Source: Arenicellales bacterium (GTDB taxonomy: Bacteria > Pseudomonadota > Gammaproteobacteria > Arenicellales > Poriferihabitantaceae). From it: 64,000 nt of DNA. The notes under the pieces are model-generated. The model was not told the origin of the DNA. It saw only the letters and a program-made list of their open reading frames with translations, and made no database searches. Within the stretch, counting starts at the first letter, position 1. Every line of letters starts with the position of its first letter. Positions 1 to 12,356 of this stretch are shown piece by piece. The DNA lies in NCBI GenBank assembly GCA_965231905.1, contig CBDDOO010000001.1, forward strand, positions 869,130 through 933,129, in the 5' to 3' direction. Position numbers and translations under genes: made by a program.

Positions 1-1387
1 GTAGCTGGTGCGTCAACCCGGGCAATTCCGGCGCCAGTGTGAACAGGTTGGGCATCTCCCGCCGGATCGTTCTGATTGCGGCGCGAGGTCCGATCTGCTG
101 ATTCATCCATTTCTCCAGAAACGGTTTCGCCGTTTCCCACAAATCCAGTTCCGGGTATAGCTGGCGACCCATGCCCTCGATGTTCAGGATGGTTTTTTGC
201 AGTAATACCAGTTGTGGCTGGATCGGCATGTCGAATCTTCGGGCCACCCGGAACAAGTCTACCAGAAAGCCGCCAAAGGAGATTTCACTGATCGGACGGG
301 AAAAAACAGGCTCACACACGGTTCTGATGGCGCCTTCAAATTCCTCGACATGGGTGGTTGGCGGTACCCAGCCCGCCTGCACATGCACTTCCGCCACCCG
401 GTGATAATCCCGATTGAAAAAGGCCAGCAGGTTCTCCGCCAGATAGCGTTTGTCGGCGGCGCTCAAGGTCCCCATGATGCCAAAATCCACCGCCCGATAC
501 TGTCCCGACTCGCTGACAAAAATATTTCCCGGGTGCATGTCGGCATGGAAGAAGCCGTCCCGAAAAGCCTGCGTGAAAAAGATCTCGACTCCGGTATGGG
601 CCAGTTTTCGCATGTCGATACCGGCCTCCCTGAGTCGTTCTGTATCGCGTATCGGAATACCCCGGATTCGTTCCATTACCATGACGTTGCGGCGGGTATG
701 CTCCCAGTAGACGGCGGGGACATGGATCCGGTCGCAATCCCGGAAATTGCTTTTCAATTTGCTGGCGCTGGCCGCTTCACGCATCAGGTTCAGTTCGTCA
801 TGAATGGTTTTGTCGTAATCGGCAACAATTTCCTTAGGCTTTAACCGCTTGCCCTGCGACCAGTAGCGATCCGCCATGCCGGCCAGAGTGTGCAGCAGCG
901 CCAAATCCCGGTTTATCACTTCTTCGATACCGGGTCTGATCACCTTGACAACGACTTCTGCGCCATCATGAAGCTCAGCGTAGTGGACCTGCGCGACCGA
1001 AGCCGAGGCGGTGGATTCGGTTTCGAACAATCTGAAGTGGTTTTCGAGCTTGTCGCCATAAGCCTGCTCGATAATGCGGATTGCCGTCTCACCCGGAAAG
1101 GGCGGCACCTGGTCCTGCAATCTGGTCAGGGAGCGGGCTATATCGTCGGCCAGCAAATCCGGCCGGGTTGACAGAATCTGGCCGAACTTGACAAATACCG
1201 GCCCCAACTCTTCCAACGCCAGCCGTAAACGTTCTCCGCGGGGTAAATCCCGGTTTCGTGTAACCGGCACAAGTTTGAACAGGAACGTCCAGGGCCAGAA
1301 CAGGTTCACCGCCGACAGAAACTCATCGAGTCCGTGCTTTCTCATCACCCGGGCAATTCGAACCAAATGGAATATTCTCCGGTTCAT
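1..1387 (-). CDS. ubiB: Ubiquinone biosynthesis kinase-like protein UbiB (3' end outside window)
   Basis: Read manually: MNRRIFHLVRIARVMRKHGLDEFL...LALEELGPVFVKFGQILSTRPDLL...ASVAQVH...FFHADMHPGNIFV. The start overlaps the ubiJ stop (ATGA). Not in the ORF track because it runs off the edge. Confidence 0.95.
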   Translation of the reverse strand, partial: MNRRIFHLVRIARVMRKHGLDEFLSAVNLFWPWTFLFKLVPVTRNRDLPRGERLRLALEELGPVFVKFGQILSTRPDLLADDIARSLTRLQDQVPPFPGETAIRIIEQAYGDKLENHFRLFETESTASASVAQVHYAELHDGAEVVVKVIRPGIEEVINRDLALLHTLAGMADRYWSQGKRLKPKEIVADYDKTIHDELNLMREAASASKLKSNFRDCDRIHVPAVYWEHTRRNVMVMERIRGIPIRDTERLREAGIDMRKLAHTGVEIFFTQAFRDGFFHADMHPGNIFVSESGQYRAVDFGIMGTLSAADKRYLAENLLAFFNRDYHRVAEVHVQAGWVPPTTHVEEFEGAIRTVCEPVFSRPISEISFGGFLVDLFRVARRFDMPIQPQLVLLQKTILNIEGMGRQLYPELDLWETAKPFLEKWMNQQIGPRAAIRTIRREMPNLFTLAPELPGLTHQL

Positions 1388-2028
1388 GGTATCGAAGGAT
1401 CCTTTTCCGGCGTTGAAGCCGATGAATCGGATTGAAGCGCCGACAGTCTGGTAATCCTCTGTTCGATACGATCAACATCTGCACGCAAGTCATTGACATC
1501 ATTACAGAATCGTTCCCAGGCAAGATGGGTTGCCAGCAACCGCTTTTCTTCCTGGAGATACTCGGCCGTGTTGGTTCTCGACAATTCCACCGATTCAGTT
1601 GCCCAGTCATTCAAATCCCGCAGGACGCTTCCTGTTTTTCGAGCCGGGGTATCGCCGACCAATCTGGATAACCCTTCTTCCCAGTCAATATCCAGTTGGG
1701 ACAGTACTTTCCCGAAGGCCTGTCCGGCCTGGGCATCACCCTGCATGCTGATCTGGCCTTCGGCTGACAGATTGCCCTGTGAACCAGGCCGGGCCAATCT
1801 GATGAACGCGGACAATGGCCCGGTCAGGGTAACATCGGGTTCGCCATCACATTCCCGGACAAGTTTCAGTCCGTGGTCGGTCGGAATCAGGTACAGGGTG
1901 ATCCGTGGCGCGGTCACTTCCAGGCAAAAAATCCTGCCCTTGAGGCCAGCCAGTTTTTCCCGGCCATCGGGGTCGAGGCTGAGCAGCAATCGTAAGACCT
2001 GGTCTGATAAGTTTGCCAATGCGTCCAT
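1384..2028 (-). CDS. ubiJ: Ubiquinone biosynthesis accessory factor UbiJ (SCP2 domain)
   Basis: SCP2-like N-terminus, LDIDWEE..LSRLVGD and EYLQEE motifs; lies between ubiE and ubiB. Confidence 0.9.
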   Translation of the reverse strand: MDALANLSDQVLRLLLSLDPDGREKLAGLKGRIFCLEVTAPRITLYLIPTDHGLKLVRECDGEPDVTLTGPLSAFIRLARPGSQGNLSAEGQISMQGDAQAGQAFGKVLSQLDIDWEEGLSRLVGDTPARKTGSVLRDLNDWATESVELSRTNTAEYLQEEKRLLATHLAWERFCNDVNDLRADVDRIEQRITRLSALQSDSSASTPEKDPSIP

Positions 2029-2045
2029 GGAAACAACGATTCACG

Positions 2046-2813
2046 TCAGTATTTGAACCCGATATGCAATGCCACGATGCCGCCGCTCAAGTTGTGATAT
2101 TTGACCTCATCAAAGCCTGCCGACAGCATCAGGTCCCGTAGTGTATCCTGATCAGGATGCCGGCGGATGGATTCAACCAGATAGGTGTAACTGGTTTCAT
2201 CGTTGCTGATGATCTTTCCAATCCTGGGGATCACATTGAAGGAGTAGAAGTCATAAACGGACCCAAGCATCGGGATCACCGGTTTTGAGAATTCCAGTAC
2301 CAGCGCCCGGCCGCCGGGCCTGACTACCCGGAACATGGATCCGAGCGCCTTTTCCTTTCGGGTTACATTGCGCAGGCCGAAAGATATGGCAACACAATCG
2401 AACTGATTGTCTGCAAAACGCAGGTCTTCGGCATCCGCAATGGCGTATTCGATATTGCCGACCAACCCCGCATTGACCATCTTTGACTTGCCCTGATCCA
2501 GCATGTTCTGATTGATGTCGGTCAGAATCACTTTCCCGGTATCGCCGACCTGTCTGGCCAGTTTCTGGCTCAGGTCGCCACTGCCTGCCGCCACATCCAG
2601 CGCCTGGTCCCCGGGCCTCAATCCGCTTTGCGATGCGGCAAAACATTTCCATAAGCGGTGGGCGCCGAATGACATGCAGTCATTCATCAGGTCATAATTG
2701 CCGGCGACGGAGTTGAATATTTCGTCCACCATGCCGGCTTTTTCCGATTCCCGGACTTCGCGATATCCGAAATCGGTTGTCTGTTCAGAATTATGTCGGT
2801 CGTTTTCGTTCAT
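2046..2813 (-). CDS. ubiE: Ubiquinone/menaquinone C-methyltransferase UbiE
   Basis: [49 protein letters not shown]. Confidence 0.97.
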   Translation of the reverse strand: MNENDRHNSEQTTDFGYREVRESEKAGMVDEIFNSVAGNYDLMNDCMSFGAHRLWKCFAASQSGLRPGDQALDVAAGSGDLSQKLARQVGDTGKVILTDINQNMLDQGKSKMVNAGLVGNIEYAIADAEDLRFADNQFDCVAISFGLRNVTRKEKALGSMFRVVRPGGRALVLEFSKPVIPMLGSVYDFYSFNVIPRIGKIISNDETSYTYLVESIRRHPDQDTLRDLMLSAGFDEVKYHNLSGGIVALHIGFKY

Positions 2814-2871
2814 TATCCTTGATGCCTGATCGAAGATTTGCCTGCGGGCAGCTTTATCCGGCGTCGCCAGT

Positions 2872-3234
2872 TCAGGAATCGGGTTTTCTGGTTATGCCCG
2901 CATCGCTCAGCCGCCGCAAGTAACGTTCCCAGTTTTTCTCCTGATTGACAGCCAGCTGGTAAAGTGTGTCCCAGGAGAAGATGCCGGTGTCATGGCCATC
3001 ATCAAAAACCGGTTTTATGCCATAGTTTCCGACCGCTTCTATAGAATCGATATTGACGTTTTCCTTGCCGGTCTGCAGCACGTCCTGGCCCGGACCATGC
3101 CCCTGAACCTCAGCCGATGGAGAGTGCGCGCGAAGATACTCGCAACTTAAAGAGTAGACCTCCTGGTCAAATGAGATCGTCAACATCCGGGTTCTGCGAT
3201 TCAGGTTGATTTCTGTAGGAACTTTTTTACTCAT
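2872..3234 (-). CDS. DUF971 / GBBH-like N-terminal domain protein
   Basis: [16 protein letters not shown]...VGNYG...[12 protein letters not shown]; likely start MSKKVP at 3234. Confidence 0.9.
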   Translation of the reverse strand: MSKKVPTEINLNRRTRMLTISFDQEVYSLSCEYLRAHSPSAEVQGHGPGQDVLQTGKENVNIDSIEAVGNYGIKPVFDDGHDTGIFSWDTLYQLAVNQEKNWERYLRRLSDAGITRKPDS

Positions 3235-3300
3235 GAAATGGGACCCCGGGGTGAAGTTCGTATTGTACGCGAATTTCAGGGCCGGATTGGGGATGGAGGT

Positions 3301-5250
<1,950 letters not shown>

Positions 5251-5364
5251 GACGGAAACTCGCAGTTGCCTGGATAGTATTGATGATGGGGGAAAAGCCT
5301 ACTCGTTGTTGGCTTTGAGGTCAACCTCCACCAGGCCGCAATCAGACCGGGCTCGATTGTTCAA

Positions 5365-6168
5365 TCAATCTTTGTCCAGAAATTTCACCCAATTCACCGA
5401 TTGGTCTCCGCAGGCCAGAAACCAGGGATTCAGAATGTCGGGTTTGTTGTATCGGAGGCGGTTTCCGTGCAGATCAATCAGGCTGCCTCCGGCCACGTCC
5501 AGTACACAGTGAGCCGCTGCCGTATCCCATTCAGAGGTAGGGCCGAGCCGGGGATAAATATCTGCCGAGCCTTCAGCGACCCGGCATATCTTCAGCGAGC
5601 TGCCCATGCTGACGATATTGACTTCGCCAACCTGACTCTCCAGATTCTGACGAAACCGGACGGTTTCCGGGCCGGCGTGGGAATGGCTCTTCAACAGGGT
5701 CGTTTTCCCCACGCCTATGGTTCGTATGCGGATTGCTTCGCCAGCCGAGCCCCCGTCACCTCGAAAGGAGCCAACCCCAAGCGCGGCGTAATGGTTGATA
5801 TTTTTCACCGGGGTATGCACGACGCCCAGTATCGGTGAACCATTGTCGATCAATGCGATGTTTACCGTGAAGTCTCCGGTTCCGTTGACGAATTCCCGGG
5901 TGCCATCGAGCGGATCCACCAGCCAGAACCGATTCCATTGTCTGCGCGCTTCAAATGCTTCCCGGTTCGATTCTTCAGACAGGACCGGAATGTCGGGGGT
6001 CAGAGCCGTCAGTTCGGCCAGAATGGTTTCGTGAGCCCGGCGGTCGGCCGCTGTCAGTAAGGAGCCGTCGTCTTTATGATCAACTTCGAATGGATTTTGA
6101 TAAACTTCAAGAATTTCCCGGCCTGCGGCAACCGCGACGTTCAATACGTTATCCAACAGTGTTCTCAT
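5365..6168 (-). CDS. cysQ: 3'(2'),5'-bisphosphate nucleotidase CysQ
   Basis: VLSEE, WLVDPLDGTREF, GSSLKIC.VAEG.AD.YPR.GPTSEWDTAA; start set at MRTLLD because the longer ORF extends into REP repeats. Confidence 0.93.
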   Translation of the reverse strand: MRTLLDNVLNVAVAAGREILEVYQNPFEVDHKDDGSLLTAADRRAHETILAELTALTPDIPVLSEESNREAFEARRQWNRFWLVDPLDGTREFVNGTGDFTVNIALIDNGSPILGVVHTPVKNINHYAALGVGSFRGDGGSAGEAIRIRTIGVGKTTLLKSHSHAGPETVRFRQNLESQVGEVNIVSMGSSLKICRVAEGSADIYPRLGPTSEWDTAAAHCVLDVAGGSLIDLHGNRLRYNKPDILNPWFLACGDQSVNWVKFLDKD

Positions 6169-6208
6169 CAGCGAATGACTCCGAAGGGATGCAACAGGAA
6201 TCCACAAT

Positions 6209-6370
6209 TTGCGGGCGGGCACCTTGCGGGCGGGCACGGAGACCCGCCCCTACTACCGATGCGTAGGGGCGACCCACTGTGGTCGCCCGCAACCGATGGA
6301 GACTATCACAATATGAGCGGGCAATGTTCAGATGACGCAATCGGATAACCACAGGGGGGGATTGTCCTCC
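6209..6370. repeat. REP cluster (back-to-back GTAG-type palindromes plus degenerate copies)
   Basis: TTGCGGGCGGGCACGGAGACCCGCCCCTAC (6224-6253), GTAGGGGCGACCCACTGTGGTCGCCCGCAACC (6263-6294), a partial copy at 6209 and a degenerate GGATAACCAC..TTGTCC near 6343. Confidence 0.85.
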
Positions 6371-6381
6371 CGACCTGTACC

Positions 6382-7473
6382 ATGATGCAGGTTTTTCAGG
6401 CGAAGGTGGACCGGGATGAGCTCAAAATGGATCCGGCTCAATTCGCCGCGGTACAAAAACTGGATGCGCTCCGCCATCAATTGATTGCTCAGCCTCTGAC
6501 TCCAAACCGGTTCCTGTCATGGTACCGAAATCGGTTTGCGCGTCCCGGTCGGACGATGATCCGGGGACTGTATTTATGGGGAGGGGTAGGGACCGGCAAG
6601 ACGCTGCTGATGGACCTGTTCCATCAATCACTGCCGGCCCGGTCAGCTCAGCGTATCCACTTCCACCGTTTCATGCAATCCGTGCACGATGAAAAAAACA
6701 AAGTCGGGGATCAAGCCGATCCACTGGATATTGTCGCCGGGAAATGGGCTTCGAAATGGCGCGTCCTTTGCCTGGATGAGTTTTCAGTCACTGACATTAC
6801 CGATGCGATGATCCTGTCCGGCCTGCTCCGGCGCTTGTTCCGGCGTGGTGTCGTATTGGTCACAACCTCGAACACCCGGCCGCAAGACCTGTATCGGGAC
6901 GGGTTGCAGCGGGACCGTTTTCTGCCCGCCATTGAGTTGCTCGAAAATCATACGGTTTCGGTCGAAGTCGATAATGGCAATGATTATCGTATGGCCCATT
7001 TGCGGGATGAGGCCATTTATCATATTCACCGCGGCGATGGGACCACGGCGAAACTGCGCCATTGTTTCGAGGTTCTTGCCGGCGCCCGGAGCAGTGGCCG
7101 GCAATCAATCACAATCAACGACCGGATGGTCGAAGTGTGCGCAGTCGAGTCCGGGGTAATCTGGTTCGAGTTTGCCGGGTTATGCCAGACTCACCGCTCA
7201 AAACCGGATTTTATTGCGATTGCCCGCCAGTACCATACGGTGATTTTGTCGGATATTCCACAGTTGACCGCGGCTATGGATGACGCGGCCAGACGGTTCA
7301 TCGAACTGATTGATGAGTTGTATGACCGCAACGTCAATCTGATCGCTTCTTCAACCCGATTGCCGGACCAGATCTATGTGGGCAAAAGACTGGCGGAACC
7401 GTTCAAACGTACAGCCAGCCGTCTGGTCGAGATGAGCTCCGACGACTATCTTTGCAGACCGCATCTGCCCTGA
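6382..7473 (+). CDS. zapE: Cell division ATPase ZapE (AFG1 family)
   Basis: GLYLWGGVGTGKT, RIHFHRFM, LCLDEF.V.DITDAMIL, TTSN..P..LY..GLQR. Confidence 0.95.
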   Translation: MMQVFQAKVDRDELKMDPAQFAAVQKLDALRHQLIAQPLTPNRFLSWYRNRFARPGRTMIRGLYLWGGVGTGKTLLMDLFHQSLPARSAQRIHFHRFMQSVHDEKNKVGDQADPLDIVAGKWASKWRVLCLDEFSVTDITDAMILSGLLRRLFRRGVVLVTTSNTRPQDLYRDGLQRDRFLPAIELLENHTVSVEVDNGNDYRMAHLRDEAIYHIHRGDGTTAKLRHCFEVLAGARSSGRQSITINDRMVEVCAVESGVIWFEFAGLCQTHRSKPDFIAIARQYHTVILSDIPQLTAAMDDAARRFIELIDELYDRNVNLIASSTRLPDQIYVGKRLAEPFKRTASRLVEMSSDDYLCRPHLP

Positions 7474-7522
7474 TCAACCCCGGATCACAGGAAAACGGCG
7501 GCGCGTGGCGCGCAGGTTTGTG

Positions 7523-8605
7523 TCAGATTTTGCCGGAAGCGATCAATCCCAACGGGTCGTCCGGGTCTATCCCATCCATGAATACCTTCTTCCTGTCCTG
7601 GTTGGCGACCTGATAAACCAGACCCAGCCAGTTATTGACAATGGCCTTGCCGGTATCGGCCCATGTGATGTCAACCAGACGGGACAACTCTTCTTCCGGG
7701 AAGGGCTTCAGGTTTTTCCGGTCCCCCTTGTGTCGCAGTACTTCGCGTTCGTAAGCGGTAATCACATCCATCGCCTGATCAAAGAAATAATGCTCCGGGG
7801 GAGGCGTAAAATCCGGGCGCACTCCATTGATATACCGGACGACTTCCCTTTTATACTCTTTCAGCAGGCTGACCGCGTCATATTCCGGGTGCCCCTGGAA
7901 GAAAACAAACCGCAACCCGTCCGGACTGACCCCCAGGTGCAGGTCCGATTCCCGACTTTCGGCCAGGACGATCAGACCCGCTTCCCGGAACTGGTTGGAA
8001 TTGACCTCATAGACATGGGAATGCGGGGCATCGAACCGACTGTCAATGTTGATGGTCAACGGATGATACTGATCGGTGAGGCGATTGGAATAGACCCCCC
8101 ATCGCTTGCGCGGCAACGGATAGCGCTCAATCCCCCATAATTGCTGGACGATGGCGTGTGTCGCCAGGCAGGAACACATCACCGAACAGACATTGGTTTT
8201 TGCCCACTGAATCACTTCCTCGAGCGGCCGCCAGAAGGGTTCCCGGGAAATATCACTTTGCGCCGGGTTGGCGCCGGATAAGATCAGCGCGTCCAGGCCG
8301 GATTCCTGCAGATCTTCAAAACTGCGGTAGAATTTGTCAATATGCCGCCTTGCCGATTCGTCCCTGGGAATCTCCGGGAAGGTAAACGGATGAACGTAAA
8401 ATTGCGCGATTCGATTGCAGGATCCGACCAGTCTCAGGAATTGCCTTTCGGTAGCCTGTAATGCCGCATCGGGCATCATGTTCAAAAGACCGATGTGCAT
8501 CTCCCGGATATCCTGTTTTTCCGCCCTGTCCGGGGACAGCACTTCCTGTCCTTCCTGCCGGAGTCGGGCAAAACCGGGTAAATCGGAATGGGCAACCAGG
8601 GGCAT
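7523..8605 (-). CDS. metA: Homoserine O-acyltransferase, MetA family
   Basis: IGLLNMMPDAAL.ATERQF, nucleophile SCLATHA, FFQGHPEYD; acetyl versus succinyl specificity cannot be determined here. Confidence 0.92.
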   Translation of the reverse strand: MPLVAHSDLPGFARLRQEGQEVLSPDRAEKQDIREMHIGLLNMMPDAALQATERQFLRLVGSCNRIAQFYVHPFTFPEIPRDESARRHIDKFYRSFEDLQESGLDALILSGANPAQSDISREPFWRPLEEVIQWAKTNVCSVMCSCLATHAIVQQLWGIERYPLPRKRWGVYSNRLTDQYHPLTINIDSRFDAPHSHVYEVNSNQFREAGLIVLAESRESDLHLGVSPDGLRFVFFQGHPEYDAVSLLKEYKREVVRYINGVRPDFTPPPEHYFFDQAMDVITAYEREVLRHKGDRKNLKPFPEEELSRLVDITWADTGKAIVNNWLGLVYQVANQDRKKVFMDGIDPDDPLGLIASGKI

Positions 8606-8617
8606 ATTGAATTTGAG

Positions 8618-9466
8618 TCAAGCGGGTTGATTGCGCATACTACTGCAAATCAGGTCTATTATGTCTTTTTCGTCCCGCATTTCAAAAATCTTTTCTGCAT
8701 GGATGGTATAACCGTATTGATGCGCGATGGTCTGATACCGGGATTTGCGAAATCTCACCAGACGCGGGAACACCCATTGGAAAAACTCATCCGGAATGAT
8801 CTCACTGATCTTTCCCAGGTCGTTTTGTTCAAGATACATTTGCAGGCGCCGGTCCAGAAATTCATTTTCATAGAACAGCGGCTTGGGATTTTGCAGGGCC
8901 CGCTCCAATAGCAACTGTTCCATTTCGTCGCTGGCTTCAAGATACAGGATTACCGTGGTTTCCGACAGGTTCCGCCAGCATTCCTCATCGTTCAGCTCGC
9001 AAACACTGCCACCGGCGTCATTGACGAAGTGAGGATTCCGATAGTCTTGTCTGGCTTTTTTCATGAACAGGGCAACATCGGCCATGGCCTTTACTTCCGC
9101 GTCCCGGAAAAGCGCCTGCCGGCGTTTGAACTCGCCGACATCCAGGCCGCCCAACTCCGGGTTGCCGACCATGCCGAGAAACTTTGAAATCGGGTGCAGA
9201 TGATCGGTGGTGATGTTGTTGCGGATGTGAATCGAATCACTCAGCAATAAATCCCGAAGGAATTCGTTCTGCATCGCATGGGCTTTTATGTTGTCCAGGA
9301 TAGGTTCATCGAGATATTTTGTGCCGATCCGATAATCTCCGGAGTAGTGAAACCAGGTGTCGGGAGGCAGTTTCGAACTGAATGTGGTTTTGCCCACGCC
9401 GGACATGCCCAGCAGGGTAATGGCTTTGTTCGGCCATTCGCGAAATTGTCCGGCGGTCAATCTCAT
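8618..9466 (-). CDS. Uncharacterised P-loop NTPase/kinase-like protein
   Basis: Walker A GMSGVGKT, HYSGDYRIGTKYL, NDAGGS; ends 12 bp upstream of metA. Confidence 0.75.
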   Translation of the reverse strand: MRLTAGQFREWPNKAITLLGMSGVGKTTFSSKLPPDTWFHYSGDYRIGTKYLDEPILDNIKAHAMQNEFLRDLLLSDSIHIRNNITTDHLHPISKFLGMVGNPELGGLDVGEFKRRQALFRDAEVKAMADVALFMKKARQDYRNPHFVNDAGGSVCELNDEECWRNLSETTVILYLEASDEMEQLLLERALQNPKPLFYENEFLDRRLQMYLEQNDLGKISEIIPDEFFQWVFPRLVRFRKSRYQTIAHQYGYTIHAEKIFEMRDEKDIIDLICSSMRNQPA

Positions 9467-9502
9467 CTCGACATCAAATCCACAGATTGCAAAGGCGTGA
9501 TT

Positions 9503-10315
9503 TTACAGGAACAGAGCCAGTATGATCACGCCCAATATCAGCCGATAGATCACGAACGGCATCAGGCTGAAACGTTGTACGAATTGCAGGAAATAATGCA
9601 CACAGATGAACGCGACACTGGCTGAAACGAGGGTTGCGAAAGCCAGGATTCCCCATTGTGTCTGCCACTCGGCTTGAGCCGAATCAACCAGAAGGTTCCG
9701 GGTCTGCCAGATTCCAGCCAGCGCAATGATCGGCATGGCCATCAGAAATGAAAACCGGGTGGCGGCTTCCCGTGTCAGCCCCGCCATCATTCCGGCGGAT
9801 ATGGTGATTCCGGAGCGGGAAGTGCCCGGAATCAACGCCAGTACCTGAGCGCAGCCAATCAGCAGGGCATCCTTCCAGCCGAGGGATTCCAGCGCCCTGG
9901 TTTTTCTCCCCAGCCGGTCGGTCAGGCCGAGAACCATTCCGAACACGATGGTTGCAAGGGCAATCGGGACCGGTTTCCTCGCCGCGCTGATAATGAGGTC
10001 TTCCAGTATCAGACCGGCGATGCCGGTGAGCGCCGTGGCAAACACGATAAACCAGGCCAGTTTGCTGTGAATGGTCGTCTGTCCGGTATACAGGGAGCGG
10101 AGCCAGTCGCCCAGAATCAGGACGAGATCCTTGCGAAAATAGATCACGACCGCAATCAGGGTGCCGACATGGATGGCGACATCAAAAGGCAATCCCTGGT
10201 CCGGCCAGTCAAACAGCGCCGGGAGCAGGACCAGATGCCCGGAACTCGATATCGGCAGGAATTCCGTGATTCCCTGAATCAACGCCAGCCAAAAGGCCTG
10301 AATCCATTCCGTCAT
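9503..10315 (-). CDS. uppP: Undecaprenyl-diphosphate phosphatase
   Basis: QGITEFLPISSSGHL and ALIPGTSRSGITI motifs. Confidence 0.96.
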   Translation of the reverse strand: MTEWIQAFWLALIQGITEFLPISSSGHLVLLPALFDWPDQGLPFDVAIHVGTLIAVVIYFRKDLVLILGDWLRSLYTGQTTIHSKLAWFIVFATALTGIAGLILEDLIISAARKPVPIALATIVFGMVLGLTDRLGRKTRALESLGWKDALLIGCAQVLALIPGTSRSGITISAGMMAGLTREAATRFSFLMAMPIIALAGIWQTRNLLVDSAQAEWQTQWGILAFATLVSASVAFICVHYFLQFVQRFSLMPFVIYRLILGVIILALFL

Positions 10316-11499
10316 AATTTGTGCCGGTAATTTTGCATTGTGAATCCGCTCAACGGAGCGTCGTGATTCCGGGTCAGGGCGAGTACCTTGAACAACTCGC
10401 CCATTTCATGCGGCAATGTCAGCTTTTTGATTTCCTGGTTTCGCGCCAGTGATTCCGCGCCGGGTTTGGCGTCGTCTCCGCTATCCGGTGAAAAATCCAG
10501 CAACCCCAGCGAAAGCAGGAACGCGGCCTGGTTGCAATAGCCCGCCAGATCCATTCCCGCGTCCAGCGCCGCCGCCGCCAGGGCGCTGAAATCGACATGA
10601 GCGGTAATGTCCTGCAATCCCGGCCAGAGAAACGGATTGTGATGGGCAACATGTCGATAGTGACACATCAGTGTACCATCCACCCGGTCCCGGTGATAAA
10701 ACTCCCTTTGCGGGAAGCCATAATCAATTATCAGGATTACGCCCCGCGCCAATTTCTCCCCGACCGTTCGCAGCCAGGCTTCCGCCACAACTCCAATCTC
10801 GCTCTGGTATCCGGCTGGCAGGTCGAACCGGGACAACCGCTCGGCAAGTCGGGGTTCCAGTGGGTCGGACGACAGACTGTATCTGAATTCCTCATTTTCA
10901 AGGCCCACCCCGATTTGAAAGGGGGTTCCGTCATGGTCCATCTCGAACCGGATAACCGGCAGCGCGTCCAGCAACTCATTGGCGATGACCACCCCGTTCA
11001 GGCCGGATTCGGGAAGGGCGGTCAACCAGCTAGTGATCTGGAGAAATTCCGGACAATGTCCTGCAATGGTCTGCGTTTGTCTTTGTTTTAATTCCGGGCT
11101 GGTTTCCATGATCCAATACCGGTCAATGCGGCTCCCGCTCTGTTTGAAATGCTCCAGTATATCGCGAGCGAGTTTCCCGGCGCCGGCGCCGAATTCGATG
11201 ATCGTGCGCGAGGATGGGTCGCCGGGCGATATTTCCTCCTGTTGGTCAAAAATTTCCATACACTGCCGGGCGAGACATCCGGCGAACTGGCTGCCAAGCT
11301 CCGGCGCGGTTATAAAATCGCCGTCTGCGCCCAATTTAACCGACCCGGCACTGTAGTAACCGAGTCCTCGGGAGTATAATGCCAGATGCATGAACCTGTC
11401 GAAGCCGATCCATCCCTGATTGTCCCTGATCTCGTCCTTGATTCTTCTCACGAGGGTATCGCTGTGTTGCAGTTGAACGGGGTCAGGCGGGTTTGGCAC
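10312..11499 (-). CDS. SAM-dependent methyltransferase, MidA/NDUFAF7 family
   Basis: FM.LALY..GLGYY, GDFITAPE, EFGAG.G, ANELLDALP, IDYG, QDITAHVDF; start codon uncertain (GTG at 11499 chosen). Confidence 0.88.
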   Translation of the reverse strand: MPNPPDPVQLQHSDTLVRRIKDEIRDNQGWIGFDRFMHLALYSRGLGYYSAGSVKLGADGDFITAPELGSQFAGCLARQCMEIFDQQEEISPGDPSSRTIIEFGAGAGKLARDILEHFKQSGSRIDRYWIMETSPELKQRQTQTIAGHCPEFLQITSWLTALPESGLNGVVIANELLDALPVIRFEMDHDGTPFQIGVGLENEEFRYSLSSDPLEPRLAERLSRFDLPAGYQSEIGVVAEAWLRTVGEKLARGVILIIDYGFPQREFYHRDRVDGTLMCHYRHVAHHNPFLWPGLQDITAHVDFSALAAAALDAGMDLAGYCNQAAFLLSLGLLDFSPDSGDDAKPGAESLARNQEIKKLTLPHEMGELFKVLALTRNHDAPLSGFTMQNYRHKL

Positions 11500-11597
11500 G
11501 GCGTGAGTGAGGTCAGTCCTTAAGGCAGGCAACCGAGTATACAGGCTTTGATAAATTGTGAACAATAGAACTTCAAGCGCGGGCAGCCGTTGAAAAC

Positions 11598-12356
11598 ATG
11601 AGTGATTCATCCAGCAGGATCATTCTGATTACCGGGGGAGCGCGGCGAATTGGCGCCGGTACGGCGCGGTATCTGCACTCACAGGGTATGCAGGTCATCA
11701 TCCATTACAACCGGAGCGCAAGGGAAGCAAAGTCATTGCAACAGGAGTTATGCCGGATTCGCCCTGAATCGGCTTGCACGATCCAGGCAGACCTCAGGGA
11801 TGTTTCCAGTCTGGAAGAGATGCTCCGCGCAGCCATTGACCAGGCCGGGCGGCTGGATGGCTTGATCAACAATGCCTCGGCCTTCTTTCCGACGCCTCTG
11901 GCCTCCTGCGCCGAGCGGGAGTGGGATGAATTGATGGACATCAATCTCAAGGCGCCTTTTTTCCTGTCCAGGGCCGCCGCGCCTTTTCTTGAAAAGACCA
12001 GCGGCGTGATCATCAATATCATCGACATTTACGCGCAATATCCGCTCCTGCATTATGCGGCCTATTGCGCTTCAAAAGCCGGCCTGGCATCCATCACCCG
12101 GTCGCTGGCCCAGGAACTCGGCCCCCGCGTGCGGGTCAACGCAATAGCGCCGGGCGCGATTCTCTGGCCGGAAAACAACGATGACCTGGATGCCCGTCGG
12201 CAACTGATTGCCCGCACCCCGCTCAAACGGGTCGGCGACCCGCGGGACATCGCAAGAACCGCGCATTTCCTGATCTCCTGTTCGGATTTCATCACCGGAC
12301 AGACGATCAACGTGGACGGCGGCCGCGCCGGCGCATTTCTGGAATCCGCAATATGA
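11598..12356 (+). CDS. Pteridine reductase (FolM/PTR1-like SDR)
   Basis: ITGGARRIG, HYNRS, NNASAFFPTP, YCASK, VNAIAPGAILWPE; divergent from the MidA-like gene. Confidence 0.88.
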   Translation: MSDSSSRIILITGGARRIGAGTARYLHSQGMQVIIHYNRSAREAKSLQQELCRIRPESACTIQADLRDVSSLEEMLRAAIDQAGRLDGLINNASAFFPTPLASCAEREWDELMDINLKAPFFLSRAAAPFLEKTSGVIINIIDIYAQYPLLHYAAYCASKAGLASITRSLAQELGPRVRVNAIAPGAILWPENNDDLDARRQLIARTPLKRVGDPRDIARTAHFLISCSDFITGQTINVDGGRAGAFLESAI

